NCBI GenBank assembly: GCA_040954595.2
Contig: CM082584.2
Span: 9,939,061 to 10,003,060 of the forward strand
DNA: 64,000 nucleotides
Direction of reading: 5' to 3'
DNA from: Balanoglossus misakiensis
Taxonomy: Eukaryota; Animalia; Hemichordata
Part shown: piece by piece, positions 39,411 through 54,500 of the stretch
Layout of the letters: each line of letters opens with the position of its first letter
How positions within the stretch are numbered: the first letter of the stretch is position 1
Made by a program: the position numbers and the translations under genes
The notes under the pieces: model-generated
Seen by the model: only the letters and a program-made list of their open reading frames with translations
What the model was told of the DNA's origin: nothing
Database searches by the model: none

Positions 39411-42249
39411 CGCTGCTGTTTAGAATCGACGGAAAACGAAGGCACTAGAGGTAAGCTGTCTGAAAGATTCGTCGCTTGGAGGCGCTGACCCTGTCTCTTC
39501 AGTTGGCCGCCTATATTGTCCCCACCGCTAGTGTACAAAAAAAATCCGTCTGTCATGGGTATCATGGTATTTCAGACCTTATTATGAGACTTAAGGTCGC
39601 TGTTTGTACGACAGCAGGAGATGGCCTTTGATGAAGCCGTTATTGGCAGACAGTGCAGCCGTGTGTCACCAGATATTACGGTCAAGAACACGATATGGGC
39701 GGCGATCACAAGCAACGCGTTCACCTCACTGGGTATATGCTCCTTATTTTGTCCTTGTGGGAATGCCTGTGTGTCCAAGAGGCATACGTGAATCTTAAAG
39801 AAACACACGCGCGCCTGTGTCCGTGCAAAAGCGCGCATAAAACGCCCGACCTCATAAACTCCGACCTCATAAAAAACGTCAAACGGCAATGGTTTCATTC
39901 TTCTGTCTGACTCGACACCTGCCCTCTCGCGGGAAGACCAGGTAATCGTGCACGTCCTGGTCGTAGTTGACGCAGGTTCTAATCAATGTCAGTTAAGCTG
40001 AGGACAGTTACACATCGTCAGGCATGGTCATATAAAGTGGACCCATGCATGGTGTAGCATGCATTCCTTCCTATGGCTGTTAGCCTTAGGACATCCCATA
40101 GCTGTTAGCGTGAGTCACCCTATATAGTTTTACTGCACTTTTGTTGGCGACGGAATGGGCACACAGAGAGAAGCGATTACGATTCATTGGTCTGGTTTGA
40201 TGGAGGCGGCCATTTTTGGGGTTGCAACCACTTAATTGTTTGCTTTTGTTTCCTCGGCTGCAGGTGCTCGCCCCGGGTTGCGCACGTTGTCGTGAGATAA
40301 ACTCTAGTTTGAATTTCACACCATGCAATAAAAGCAAAACTTTTCGTACCATGGGGCTTTAAGTCCACGGCAAATGCAATGTTAACGATGTCCGCGGCGA
40401 CAAACAGACGGCGGGCAACGTCACCATGGTGATGTAACCCAGACACAAGTATGTATGCACATGTGTACACGAAACAGTTGGGACATACTTGAGCAGTGGG
40501 GCAATACACATTAGGTCACCCAACCACACTTAACAAAAATACTTGGCCAGTATCAGCATTGCCCATTTAATACACTAAGTAATTCTGCCATGGGCAATTT
40601 TCGGTCCAACGGTAGCTTAAGTAACATCAACATGACATTTGATATTTTAAGATAATCAGCGCCCATTATCCAGTTTGCTTGTAATGTCATTAAATTACAA
40701 GCTATTAGGTTACTGTTGACTCTTGAGAGAAGAAAGGGATTCCAAAATATTATCTGAAAACAAATAAACAAATAACAAGACAAGCCACGGAACTGCCTAA
40801 TCGAAATCCCTGTCAAAGTTGTTTTTTCAACTGAATGTGCCACGCATACAGTTCGCGACGAGGTAGAGCACGTATATACGTACTTCCCGGCGGGAGAGAC
40901 CAAAGACGCGCGGGCGGATGAAACGATAGAGGCGGAGAATGTGGTGGTGGTTGTTGCGTTAGGAGGTAGTTTGTCAACACGTGGAATTGAGGGGGGGCGA
41001 TAACTGCAGTGATAGGGAGAAAGTTGAGCAGGGAATACGGCAAGATAGGTGTTGTAAGAGGTATGAAAGACGGTTCAAGTAACGACGGGTTAGAACTTGA
41101 CGGGAAAGATAACACTCTAAAACTAGTAGAATTCGTCTTTTGTGCCAAAAGTGCGAGTACCATGTATCGCCTGCCATTTGCAAGCACCGAATTCATGTAA
41201 CATGGTTTGAATTTCAGTTTTGCAACCTTCGCCGTAATCTTGGTCGCAGTTCAAGATTCATTGACATGTATCTATAATTAAACCCTCTTCTTGTTGGAGA
41301 GGGCCCTGGATTTGATACATCTTTGTTTTACTATGGGAAATCGCCCGGGGCACGGCCCGCAACTTTAGACAAACCTGTGGTCTGGAATCCCATCAGAGCT
41401 CAACTCCAGATAGTTTTGTTATTTAGATTCATCGGCAGCTTAACATTCCCTCTGGCCGAAATACTGGAAGGCATTTCGCCCGGGTTGTTTTTTTACTTAT
41501 ACAAGCTTTAAACTTTTGGCTCTCACATTTGAAATCCTTCTGCCTAGGAACTTTGTCACCCGAAACTGGTAAGACGTCCGGTTTATTTAAAAACTAAATG
41601 CAGACTTCACCTCATACAGCTGCCGGGGGCGAACACACTTTTTCACTTGACGCGATTTTATGCGGCGGAGACCACTGCCACCTTTTCTGGACGTGTGAGC
41701 CTCAACGCTTTCTTTTGTAGAGTCTGTCAAGTTCAATAACAAGTAACCATAGCCGGAATATGTCCCAGACAAAATCAAACAGTTGCCCCATGTTGTCTGA
41801 AGGACAGCGACAAAAAAGTCCACACTTTTTGCGCCGTGTAGTATAGTACAAGCCCCGTATTTCTTTTGCCTGGAAACCTCACTGACAACGCCCTCAGGGG
41901 GTTCACATATTGTATATTTTCGCTCTTTTGTTTGCATGGTCATGGAATGTGGTCGTCGAGTAAACTATTTACTTGATTAAACATTCCATACAGTTCTACA
42001 AATTGAATGTCTGTGTTTAAAGGCAATTGAAAAAGCCCATGTGTCAGCTGGATGGCAGCGTGTAAGTAGACCATTGTTGCACGTCGTTAGTATTGTTGCA
42101 CTGTGACAACTTTACTCTTTTTCTCCTCTTCTGTTGATGTTTACGACAAATACAGCCGGTGGTGGTGTGTTCAAATAGAAACCGGAAGGCGGAAGGCGTA
42201 CCGAGACGACGAACACTAGTCCGGCTCTGCTGCACGACTCAGCCACACG

Positions 42250-42320
42250 CGCTTCAATTGGCTTGCCCGTGACGCACAACCGAATCAAACTTTGCAATTA
42301 TAAATATCGCCCAATCAGGG
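42250..42320 (+). promoter_or_regulatory. Candidate promoter of the second LDLR-family gene
   Basis: ATTGG 42257-42261, TGACGCA ~42270, TATAAATA 42299-42306 and CCAAT 42311-42315, about 200-260 nt upstream of the ATG at 42516. Confidence 0.4.
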
Positions 42321-42515
42321 AAACGCTCGGATCAAGTGTATACTGTCCTGGACTTAACAACTTTTGCGCGACGACTGTCTGTTTCGCCGGCGAGGGGTAC
42401 CAAGTATCGTCAGGGCCTGGGTAGGTCATGAAGGAATTGAACGACGTTTCTTCGTTATTTCGTGTACCGATATTAGTGCCCTAAATTTTCGACCTTGTCG
42501 TTTGGGCCAAGGGTC

Positions 42516-45500
42516 ATGAAGATCATCGCCTGTTTAATAATATTACTAGCGCTTCTAAGTGTGACCCCAACAGGAGTGGTGGGAGGTAAGTTACTGTTTA
42601 TTTATCTTAAAACCCACACAACACCATAATTCACTAATTGAGAGAAGGTCCCTTCGCCACACACACATGTGGGCCTCATGGGCGAAAAAAATTACTCTTC
42701 TTCTGAAACCTCAACCTTCGGTCAAAAAGCGAGACGACATGTGCTATTATTTTTACAAACTTTTTTTGAGTGGGGGTTTTCATCTGTCTCACCCGACATG
42801 AGGTTCGCGCGGGTGAGTCAAGAAACGTGTAATGTCGAAGAGATTGAAATTTTTGGAGCAGAAAGAAAAAAAAATGCTAGCCTGCTACTTCGCCACTCCA
42901 TCATGCATGCGTAGTGCTTGGCGGGAAGCAGGGCCCGAGGCCATCTACTGTTTCAACTCACAGAGATCCCCGTAGTAGAAGCTATTAACAAGCCTAACCC
43001 TTAACCAGCGGGATATGCTTACATTACAAGTCAACGACTCCAAAACGAGCGAAGGGGAAAAAAGCAAAACGCAAGAGCCGCAGCAATCTTGATGTTTCTG
43101 GTTTCAGCCAAGTAGTAATTAGAAGCCATAACTGCGCACGCTCCACTTGGTTTTTTCGCCTGATCACTGAGCGCCGGGGGTTTTGGATGGCACCAGACCA
43201 TGGGGGCCGGGGGTTTGGTGAACGCCCCCAAGTTGGCGTGAACAATATTCGGGAGTGTAAACTTGATATATAACACACTGACTAATAAAATGGAGAATGC
43301 TACACGCTACGTTTATTTACAGGATGTACTTTTGGCGCTTTTTCAGCCGCAGTCACATAAAGATACTATCGTGTTACGACTCGCATTACGCGGCTTCGAC
43401 CTCCTTGAGGCTAATTGCAGCGAGACGCTTTTTATTTCATTTTCGCGAAGACGACGCGACGTCCCTTGGGATCGGCATCTACTGATGCACATTCTTATGA
43501 ATTTATTGTCACGCGACACGGGCAAACGTCGTCCGATTTGCATAGCCGTAAATCGCAATTTAAATACATTTGCTTGTTCTCACGTAATATGCGTTTGTAC
43601 CAGTAAAAAATGCTTATGCAACAACGATCGTGCTTGCTCTCTCCTCAGTCGACACGCTATTTGAGATGAAGATTCCGTTTTGTTCGCATTTGCCTTGTCA
43701 AGAATCTCCCTCTGGGGCAGTCGAAGCATTTAATGCTTTTATTAAAAGTGCACGGTACCTACAGAGCTCAGATGCCATCCATCCCCGGACCACCAGTAGT
43801 TCCATGCCCCCCCCCCCCCGCCGTCCAGCTAGGCCACGCGACGGAGCAGTGACCAAACGCGAGCATGGCGAGGCATAGCGTGACCTAAACCCGGCAGCAA
43901 CCTGATAAAATCAAGTTCACTTGAAGTTATTTTATGCTAACGATTAAACATCTGACAGTGATAGTTTATTCTGGAATGGTTCCAAGGTGCGCAAGACACA
44001 AATGAATGGGGCCACGCGGTTTCCAGACACGGTCCTAAGGGCTCAATCTAAACGACGCGGCAAACCCGCCACCGATAAAGATTCAACTTCAAAATTTTCG
44101 CGTCTGACAACCTGTAACGGTTCGAGAGAGAGGCTGGAAGTGTCAACACCGTTTGGAAACCCATAACAGAACAGTCGGGTGAACCTTGTGAACTGTCAGC
44201 GTCTGACAACAATATTTTCTTGACTTCTGCGACCGGGATTGCGGTTCGTTCTCAGGCGATGTGTTTCCGTGAGGTCTCCCAGAAAGATTATATTATTGTA
44301 TCATTCTTACAGCTGTTTATTCGCCGTGAGAAAAGTTGAAAGAATTTGACACTACCAGCGAAACGCGGTTAACACCTCGCCGAGCGAACATTGCGATGTC
44401 GTCTGTATTTACTACACCACGACGAAAGCCAGCGTCGTACCTGGCCCTTTTACGTGATGCAAAGTATAAATTATGGCATTAGAACTTGGCTCTCTCTCTC
44501 TCTCTGTCTCTCCAAACTGATCGATGTAAAGTGTAATCTGTCTTATATCTGTGTTTTTCTTGGCGATCACAGGTGAATGCAAAGCTGGAATGTTCACCTG
44601 CGCAAATCTGAAATGTGTTCCGGACAAGTGGAGATGCGATTCCGAAAACGATTGCGAGGACAACTCCGATGAAGACGGCTGCCGTACGTAGGCCTTACTG
44701 ACCAGCTCCTGCGCACTTGCACGCTAAGTAGCAGACGACGTTTAAATTGCGGCTCCCCTACCCCCTAAAATCGCCAAATAAAAGTCATTCTGCAGCAGCT
44801 TACGAGAACAAATGCCCTCTACTTCTTGTTTCTAGCAGGCGGCAGCTTTTTGCGGAGACCACGCTGTTAATTAGACTGGCACAGAAATCAATAGAGCGAG
44901 CTGCAGGTGTCTTACTAGCACACTTTTAGTGGCGTGCATACTAAAATTTTATAGTTTTGGGCCCCCGAGCGTTGTATGTCAGGTTCTTGTTTGCTACTTG
45001 AATTGTCGATTCTGTCCCTACAGGTGCGAGCTCGTGTAACAGCGATCAATTCACGTGTGCCACCGACGAAGACGGCGCTTTCTGCATCCCAGGTGAATGG
45101 AGATGCGATGGTGAAGACGATTGCAGAAATGCGCTGGACGAGCAAGGATGTGGTGCGTATCAATTACTGCTACCTTAAATAGTGTTGTTGTTTTTTGCAT
45201 CGTGCTAGTGGGTCTGGTCTCATTATAATAGTTGCATTGTGGGTAAAAAGGTCGAAAACTCATGCAGTACTGGTAAGAGTTTGAAGGAATGATATCTTTA
45301 ACTGCACATGTATTTCGACTTCCTTTTGGTCAGAAATGTCTGTCTTTGTTAGAGTATACTCGTTCGAATTTTGTCACGTTTTCAATTTGAGTTAATGTGG
45401 CTACTTCATTCAAAAGTTTTCGGGTGACTCCCAACTTTATTGTCTATTTTGAGAGAGAATAATCTAAAGTTGCCTCTAGCAAAATATGAGAAAAAGATGG

Positions 45501-48500
45501 ATTTTGATTAATGTTACATTAAATTACATAGTGGTGTTCCCATCCTGTGTAAGGATTGCCTGTAAGTAGGGATCGATAAACTCGCCGTATAAAATCCAGT
45601 GTTTGACAATTTGTCTTGGCAACCACAGCGGAGGGCAAAGTACGTGTATTTCGCACAAAAATACCGATTGTACTTTTTGGTGGGTTGACCAGATAGGATT
45701 TTCGATGGAGTGGTCGCCTTTGAAATGCGCTGTCACTGGAATGACCTAAGCCGACATTTTGCCTCGGGCAGTAATCGTTTCCACAGAACAAAAATAATAC
45801 CTGTCAAATCGATTGGACATCTTCCTTTCACCTCGTTAAAACCCCCCTAAACCTATTGACTAGTGAAAGCTTTCCCGCCCAGATTTGCTCATCACATATC
45901 GTCGTTTGTTTTGCTCAAACGTGGACCAGTGCAAAACAGGTCCATGTGAGGGGTGTGAATCTCACGCGAGAAGTGCTGCCTTCCCAAAGCTTTTTAAGAA
46001 GGAAAACATTTCTCTTTGTTAGCTAACATTCCCTCCAAATATTTAGGGGATCGTCTGCTAACGTGTCAGTACTTTTTATAGTCAGTAAACGACATACCTT
46101 TGTGGATGCAGATCACTGAGCTCGAGTTATTTAAGAGTCACTGCAATGGTTGCTTCGCCGAAAGGTAAAAGTTGGCACATCGCTCGTTAAAGGGACAAGC
46201 AATGGACATCATGTTTGACATTTTTCAGTTCATCTTTTCTTACTTTTTCTCCTCAAAACACATTGTTAACAAGAATGTCGGCTATGCATAGCAACCTGTC
46301 AAAGAAAGATTAATACTTGACGTTTCAACATATTTTTGACAGAAACTGCACCAGTTTTTGACAAAAACATACTTTGACATTTCAATCTAACATGGCCGCC
46401 GTTTGATAACTTTGTTATAAGAAGGCTTTTATGAACCCATTTTGTTCTAACTCGACACACTTGACTAAAAGTGTGCCACGAAATGGTCATTCGAACACTT
46501 AGACGCGCCATTTTGACCATATATACTAGTAGTCACTGTACACCTTTAATGATCTGCTGATGTATAGATGTAGTATTTGTTTTGGCGTAAACAGGGCATG
46601 GGAACAGCACATGCGCATCGAACGAGTACAGGTGCCCGGATGGGAAGTGCATCACTCACCGTTGGGTGTGTGACTTGGACCAGGACTGCAGCGACGGCTC
46701 CGATGAAGATGGCTGCCCGGAAGTGGAGTGCGACGTGTCCGAGTACCGCTGCCAGGACAGCTACTGTATCCCCAAGGTGTGGGTTTGTGACGGCGACGCT
46801 GACTGCATCGACGCGTCCGACGAGAAGAGCTGCGACGCGCCGACGGGGGCCAGGTACTGTTCGTCGAACAAGTTTGCCTGTTCGGACGGGCAGTGTATCC
46901 ATATCTCGTGGCGGTGTGATGGAGACATAGACTGTGACGATGGAACGGATGAAGTCGATTGCTGTAAGTGTGCAGGTCTTTTCGCATTTGAATGATTTGC
47001 ATAAAGGTCACCACAAAGGTCAAAACTCGCATTCCCGTCCTCCGACCCAACCATTCTGGTTGACTCCTCAAACTCATAGCACGTGGCCCGTGTGCCTGGG
47101 GAATTTGTATGCGCCGTGATTTTTTTGTCGTATCTTTCGACACTTACCATGTCTTCATAAAAAACGCTTTTGAAATAACAGAATGCTATATCGAGTACAT
47201 CACGTATGATATCCATGGAGGATATACATTTTCCGAAGAAGTATAGGAATTTCAATAAAGTATATTTTAAGACCCATGCTTACTCAGATGGTCACGTGGC
47301 AGACAGCGGGCAGAACATTTGAAACGCGATCATGTTTCAAATACTGCATGGCGATATTATCTTTAATGCATTTATTAGCATTTATCTGTCATTAAAGGGA
47401 CAGAGTCGCTCACTTTTGATGTTATTTTGGTTATGCTAGTTTCTTTCATACATGCTTTAATGCGTTTTGAGTCATGGTCAATCACCAGTGCTCTCAACTG
47501 AACTCACTTTATATAGATGTGGCCTTAAGGTAGAATGCGCCTCAAAAGTCAAAGTCTTAAACTTTCTCTCGTATTTTGCTCTTTAGATTATTCTCTCTTT
47601 ACATTGAGAATAAATATTGGGGAGAACCTTGCAAAAATGTGAATAACCGACCAAATTGTCTCGATTAGAAATTCAAAATGGCCGCCAATTTCTGTGTTAG
47701 GTCTATGGAGAAAATTTAAAGTAGCGATTTTCATGAAAACAAGACGGTGAACATCCAGCTATCACCTCATTTGTTTTCGAAATTACTCCCCATTTCAATA
47801 AGGATTTCAGTCCGATTGACATAATTCCGACAATTCAGTTTTCACAGTCTGTTGTTATTTTATTTTCATTGTTAAAGATGACGTGGTGTGTCAAGATCTG
47901 TTCAACTGCGGCGGTGGTGAATGTGTCATGAATATGCTCAGGTGCAACGGATTCAGAGATTGTAGAGACGAAACAGATGAAAGGGGCTGCCCATCTTATG
48001 CGACACCCTGCGACCCTAGAACGCAGTTTCTATGTGATAACGATCGTTGTATCGACGTGAGCAAAGTCTGCAACCATATTGACGATTGTGGGGATCGATC
48101 TGATGAACCTAGTTATGGACACTGCAGTAAGTGTGAAAAGTGTTACCTATATATGTAAGGATTATGTCGATAAACTGCACTTGTAATACAGAACATAAAA
48201 ATGTCGAAATGTAGCCAAAAATTACACATATTATCATTTCAATCTGCGTGTTTACATGTCACTTGTTTTGCTCCTTTTGCTGTAATGATGGAAGCTTCTT
48301 TCCTTGTGGGGAAGAAGAGGTAGACTGCTGTGGTCGTATTTATTTATTTTGTGGGTTATGTTTTTATTTTCAGAAGCCTGGGAGTGTAAGAAGAACAACG
48401 GAGGTTGCTCACACACGTGTCACGATTCGCCAGACGGACACCATTGTTCTTGTAACCAAGGCTACGAACTCCTCGAGGACGGCAGGACGTGTTCGGAGTT

Positions 48501-51500
48501 GAGACCCTGCGACATCCCGGGCAAATGCAGTCAGCTATGCAAGACGACCAGGAACGGACACCGATGCTCGTGCGTGGACGGCTATGAACTCGACCGAGAC
48601 CGCAGATCGTGCAACCCGGCCGGCGGCGAGCCCACCCTCCTCTTGGCCAACAGGAGGGACATCAAACGCATCAATCCATGGTCCAGGACCGTCGAGGACC
48701 TGGTGCCAGTGACGGAGTCGGCCATCGCGCTGGACTACGACTACCAGCGAGGGTATTTATACTGGAGTGACGTCAGCGAGGAGCAGATACTGAGGTATGT
48801 ATCGGCATGATAAAATATTGACAGTGCTCTCAACTGGTAAGCGCTTGCAAACACGGACGGGTCCATTGTGTGTGTGTCACCTTACTAGGTTAGCCTAGCA
48901 TACCACCATGCGGTCTGTCCGCTTTGTGTGCAAGGCCGTATGCTCGCCGCAGTCAGCGAACAAACTCGCAGTACATGAATCACTCCACACAGAGCCTAAG
49001 CCTTGAAGTGTGGCCAATCTCTTAAGTACAAAGAATGTAATGATGATAATTTCAATAAATCTAACAACATATCATTATCGTTGATATGACAAAAGGCAGA
49101 TGACATGCTGTGCCCACCCACAACCAATCAGTTGCTCATAACTTAAATTGTAGACTCTGTGACATGCGCAAACCACATTGCCGGAGACAAGGCGTAATGA
49201 CTCACACAGAACGCCGTCAAAACTCCGGCTGTGATACATGTACTCAAAAACATCTTCGCCCGAATCCATATCACGTGATTTCGACCTTCAGTCTTCCCGG
49301 CAGCCTTGGGTCCCGTAACCGGAGATCGGAAGTTTGCGCGATACTGAGCACGGGGATGAAGGATCTCCCCAGTTCCCATGGGAACCGTCTCCCTCGCATC
49401 GCGAAGGATTCACAGTAAAAGATATGGTGATAATTCTTTATTGCATAACTCTGCCGACGTTTCACCAAAGTTAAAGTTCGCATATGATAAATGTAGAAGT
49501 CGGTGCTCGAGATTAAACTACTCAGCCGAGTCATCGCCTCTTTAATTAAACATCATTGTAAGTTCACCGTTTTCACCACAGTTATTTATATCAGCGACGA
49601 ATTTAGAGAAGTACCTCTCTGGGAGTTCTTGGTGCTATTTCTGTATAAAGGTCACCGTTTGGGATTGGCGCTAAGTCCACTTTTGTTCAGCCGTGTTTGC
49701 GCAGACGAACACCTGCTGGAGAGTGATGACCGAATATACACGCGCCAACAATAGCTTTGACGTTGTTGTTCCGCCATCTTCTCTAAGGAGAGTTTGAGGT
49801 GTACCGTTCCGCGAATTTGGTCGCTTGCTTTGATCGTTTTCACAAGTTGTTTCTGTGTGTCTTTGTGCTTAAAGGAGACCAATTAACGGCAATGGAGACA
49901 CCGAAGTGCTCGTGGACGAGCGAATCCACACTCCGGACGGCGTTGCGGTGGACTGGATTTATCAGAATCTCTACTGGACGGACACGGGCGAGGACACGAT
50001 CGAAGTTGCCCATCTGGTGCCGAGACACGGCTCTATTCAGCGGACAGTACTTATCAGCGAAGGGTTGGACGAACCTCGAGAAATCGTTGTGGATCCTTCC
50101 GAGGGGTAATTAAATTAGATTAAATTTCAAGGCATTTCATATTGCACGTACACAAGCGAGAACATTCTGAAAGTATTCATTAAATGCATTTAAATCACAT
50201 TGACATGTTTGGCATGTCATTTCTAAATGCCCCCAAAAGACAGCCGACATAAACAACGTGATTGTGTCGAGTTAATTAGAAAACCACTGAAAACCACGAC
50301 TGCCTTGGCGGATCTTATTGAGAGAGAAAAAAATAGAAGGCTTATTACTAGTTTTTCTGTAGTCGTCCGACGAAGCTTTGATATGTCCCGAAAGGTTGCA
50401 TTTCCCACCCAAGACGGATCGGAATGCCGGGCCGTCTTCCCCAAATCCCGGGATAATCCCAGTCGCGAGCGGGCCGCTAATACTAGATTTTATGGAATGT
50501 TTATCCTTCAAACCGCCTGATTATCGCTTATCCCAATGACGAGCCATTGATGTCCTGCTGTATTTTAGTCCTTTGCTGGAACATTGTGAAAGTTAATATT
50601 GTTGTGAACGGCTGGCCACGATAAATCGTGTTGTTTTATCAGATATCAATTTCTCTGTGTGAGGTTATAATTTTTGCTGCTGTTTAGTTACTGGTCAACG
50701 TAAATCGTAGCAAAAAAGTTAACACTCCACTCGTAAGATAGCTTACAGGCGTCATTTTGAAATGAAATTCGGTTGAACGGGCTACAATGTTTTGATGTTG
50801 ACAAAAATATCGATTAACGACTCTCAAAACCCGGTATTGCCAAAAGGGGGGAACTACTTTGTCCACTATGCGTGTCAAATGCCCAGACAAACCCCTCCAA
50901 GCTGTCGATTGCTCACTTGGAAGATAACTATCGGGAACAAATAACTTTCACCCAATCGTTCCTCGATAATCCCTGTGCAAACACACAGTTACAACGTCAC
51001 ACGCTACAGTGTTAAGCACAAGTGTCAATAGTTTAGCGCCGATGTTTGGACAGAAAACACATCTCCGCACTCCAATGAAAACAATGTTTTACATCCAGCC
51101 TATTTTAGCCGTGTTGTTCTGGCTCTATTATTCTTAAAAATTGTACAGGCCAAAATATTGATACAAAGTGAAGTCATCCTTTCTGCCTTCCATAGGGCCA
51201 AGGGTCATAGCTTCATACATAGTAATGTCCCATACTTGTTGAAGAAAACTTTCATACTTTAATTGTTGTACCGATTACCGTTTGATGATAACGACCAATT
51301 TAATGTACTTTGTTTAATTTCGATATTGTCACCCAGCTTCATGTACTGGACAGACTGGGGCAGGGACGCTAAGATCGAGAAGGCAGGGATGAACGGTTGC
51401 GGACGCACGGCCATCGTGCACGAAAACGTCCTCTGGCCCAACGGGCTGGCCATGGACTACGTGGCGCGGCGCATCTACTGGGTCGACGGCAAACTGCAGC

Positions 51501-54500
51501 TGATGGCCAGCGCCGGCCTGAACGGCGAGGACCGGGTCAACATCATCGTGTCCAGCTTCCTGCTCAAGCACCCGTTCTCCGTCACCGTGTTCATGGACCA
51601 CGTCTACTGGAGCGACTGGGAAACGCATAAAGTCTACCGGGCCAATAAGTTCCACGGTGGGGACAAAACGTTCGTCGTGGAAAACCTCTACTCGCCAATG
51701 GGCATCATCGTTTACCACAGCTTGAAACAAATGCCAAGTAAGTACACCCACGTGATCCATTAGTTAACCAATCACGTCAGTTGAATCTGTTGCTGGGTTT
51801 GCCAGACCCAGTGTGCATGTAAAGACAATGGTCAGGTATTTGTTGTCATCCGAAAAAGGTCAGTGACCGAAGATCATGCCCAATAAACGTGTACACCCCA
51901 TCAATTAGGGATCAGCATTCTGGATCAAGTCTATCGAATTGGCAAATCTGTCGGATGATTCCTTGAAACAATACCTGTGTAATTAACCCCAACCAGAAAC
52001 TATCACGAGCTCTTAGGAGAGAACCATTTGATTTCTGGGGGTGGGTGGAGGATTTTTTAAGCCACTGTCAAAGCCATTTTCTTCTCGATTGTCAGACAAT
52101 ATTTTTCCTCAAGACATTGCAGAAAATGTTCTTTCCTCCGCCCCATATACTAACATGTGCCGACAACTAATTAGTGTTCGACTTTACAACCGCGACCATA
52201 TCTCTCGTCGAGGTGCTTTAGACAAACAAGCACTCAAGACAATAGACTGTTGACAATTCTCAGGTACGGAGTCCAATAACAAATCGGCAGACTTCAAAAA
52301 GAGTACTCGCCAAGAGAAACTCAAAATTCGGAATGTCACGTTGTCTTTCATTTCAGGCAGGAACAACTGCGGCGACAACAACGGCAAGTGCTCTCACATC
52401 TGCGTGGCTGGACCCGCAACCGACGGCTGCCCGGCCGCCTACACCTGCCTGTGTCCCAGGGGCGTCAAGATGAGGCCGGACGGCCATACCTGCAACGTGA
52501 GAGGCATCACTCCGCACCCAGATCTGATTGTGGGTAGGTGGCGTTTTTGTGTGTGCATGTCACGTTCTACACACGTGACCAGCTTGTTGCATTCGAGTGT
52601 TTATTATGTGTCTCGTTCTGCAGATATTTTCGGACCTGCACACAAATATGCCACGTGGCAGTATTAATATTTACACCGTATGTCGGAAGAACATTTTGAG
52701 ATTCATAAGTTTATCGCATTCCATATAAACAATGTTTTAGTTCAAAACCAAGCCTCGCTTGCCTCTTTTGCGCACGCGTGATCGCGTGAACACCAATCGG
52801 CGTGGCAGTATGGCACAAACAGGCATCGTCTTCCAAACACCCCGCAAAGCCACAGAGCGTCGCCGTTTCCGCTGACGAGCTACAGTTACATATATTGGTG
52901 ACGAAATGTGAAATATAACTTCAGACGAAGTGACGCTTGGTCGATAAAGTTATCGTTTGACATGTTATGTGTTTTTTGGGGTGGCTGTAACCTAGCAACT
53001 CGGGCGCTGGGGAATACCCGATTTCCACCAGCGTTAACCAACTTTAATGACCGAAGGAGAAAAGCACAAAGCCGCAAACACAATCACACTCTTGAAAGTC
53101 GATAGTTTCAGTAGCGCGCCGATCTTGGGAACTTAACTAGGCGCGGAGTTGGAACCACTTTACCTTTGTAACCGATTCAACAGAGCGTGGTAGACATGCA
53201 ATGCACAATTGTAACAAGAGTCTGTCTCTCCTTCTTCTCAAGTGTTTGGTTGTTAAAAACGTCCGGTGCGGCGTACCTCGGCATGAGGCAATTCCTCGAC
53301 TCGTATATCATCGCAGTGTCTTGAGTTTAAATAAAGTATCGTCCCGAATTAGACGGCAGCTTACCAGAAAAAAACTTGTATATTCCGGTTTTGAGTTATT
53401 AAGTTTACGCCAGCAGTGTAATCGCCTTTAGTGTGCGGATAAATTAGCCTAGGGTATCTAGGCCAATTTTACTTGGGTCGGAGAGATGTCTCTTTGCGAT
53501 TTGCATCGCTATTTCATTATAAACAATGAGGCAAATTTAACCTGAATTATTAGCCTATAGTTTCTCTGTATATATATTTAAGCTCTGATGAGACCACAAA
53601 GAACTAGTCACCATCGTCGTAAACCACAGCCTCTTTACGGCAACCGTTTCAGCTAAAATAGATGCCCCCCTCCCCGCGACACTGATACGAGTACAGCTTT
53701 TAGTCTGAAATTGATTGCCTTTGTACAACGTTTGGATGTAGTCGCCTCAGGCATGGTTGGTAATTGGTTGTGATATATTGCGAAGTACATACTTTCTTGG
53801 GTTGATAGTGTTGCCATACGGCCACAGGCAACGATTGATCAATTTTACGCACGTAGGGCAAGGTATCTTATTTTCTGTCTCGTGTGTAAAAACGTGAGTG
53901 TTGGCATATCTTTATATTAACTAAGAAACCAAACAATCATATCACACACATGATATATGTTATCTGATCTTCCCTTCTTCTGTCATTTTACCCTAGCCGA
54001 ACCCTCATACTCCATCAGCGTACACCTGGATTCACAGTTGTTTGAGGGCACAAGGAAGAAATCTGTGAGGTTCACACTCAAATGCACTGTGTCGTCAAAG
54101 GGCGATGACAAATATGAAGTGCTGTGTCGTCCAGACGACCAAGAAGAGAACTCCACCGACGCCATCTTGTTCCAGTATAAATGCAGCGGAAGCAAGAAGA
54201 AAGAACGGAAGCGGCGACAGAAACGAGATGCGTCGCAAGGTATTGAAAGGTCACTGAAATATATTGATGTATGTATGAACATGTGTGTATGCATACATAC
54301 TATGTGCGTATGTATACATGTGTGTATGTATGGATGGATGGATGGATGTGTGTACTACCCAGATACCCATTTATTCACCCACACACATCCGAGTATCTAT
54401 GTGGTTCTCTGAACACAAATTCCTTTTGTTTGTTTTTTAGGTCGGAGCAATCCCAAACTTGCCCTCAAAAAGGTCAGCACAGAGACACTCCAAACCGCCG

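Noticed and set aside
38521-41200. ORFs 38521-38769, 38869-39273, 39572-39910 and 40813-41200 as transposase or retroelement genes
   Set aside because: No recognisable RT, integrase or DDE motifs. They may be decayed repeats, but I cannot support a call.
53957-54412. 151-aa ORF as a standalone gene with a Cys/Met/Val-rich tail
   Set aside because: Only 53997-54239 is exon. The tail translates a TATG/GGAT simple repeat in the intron and is not a TM segment.
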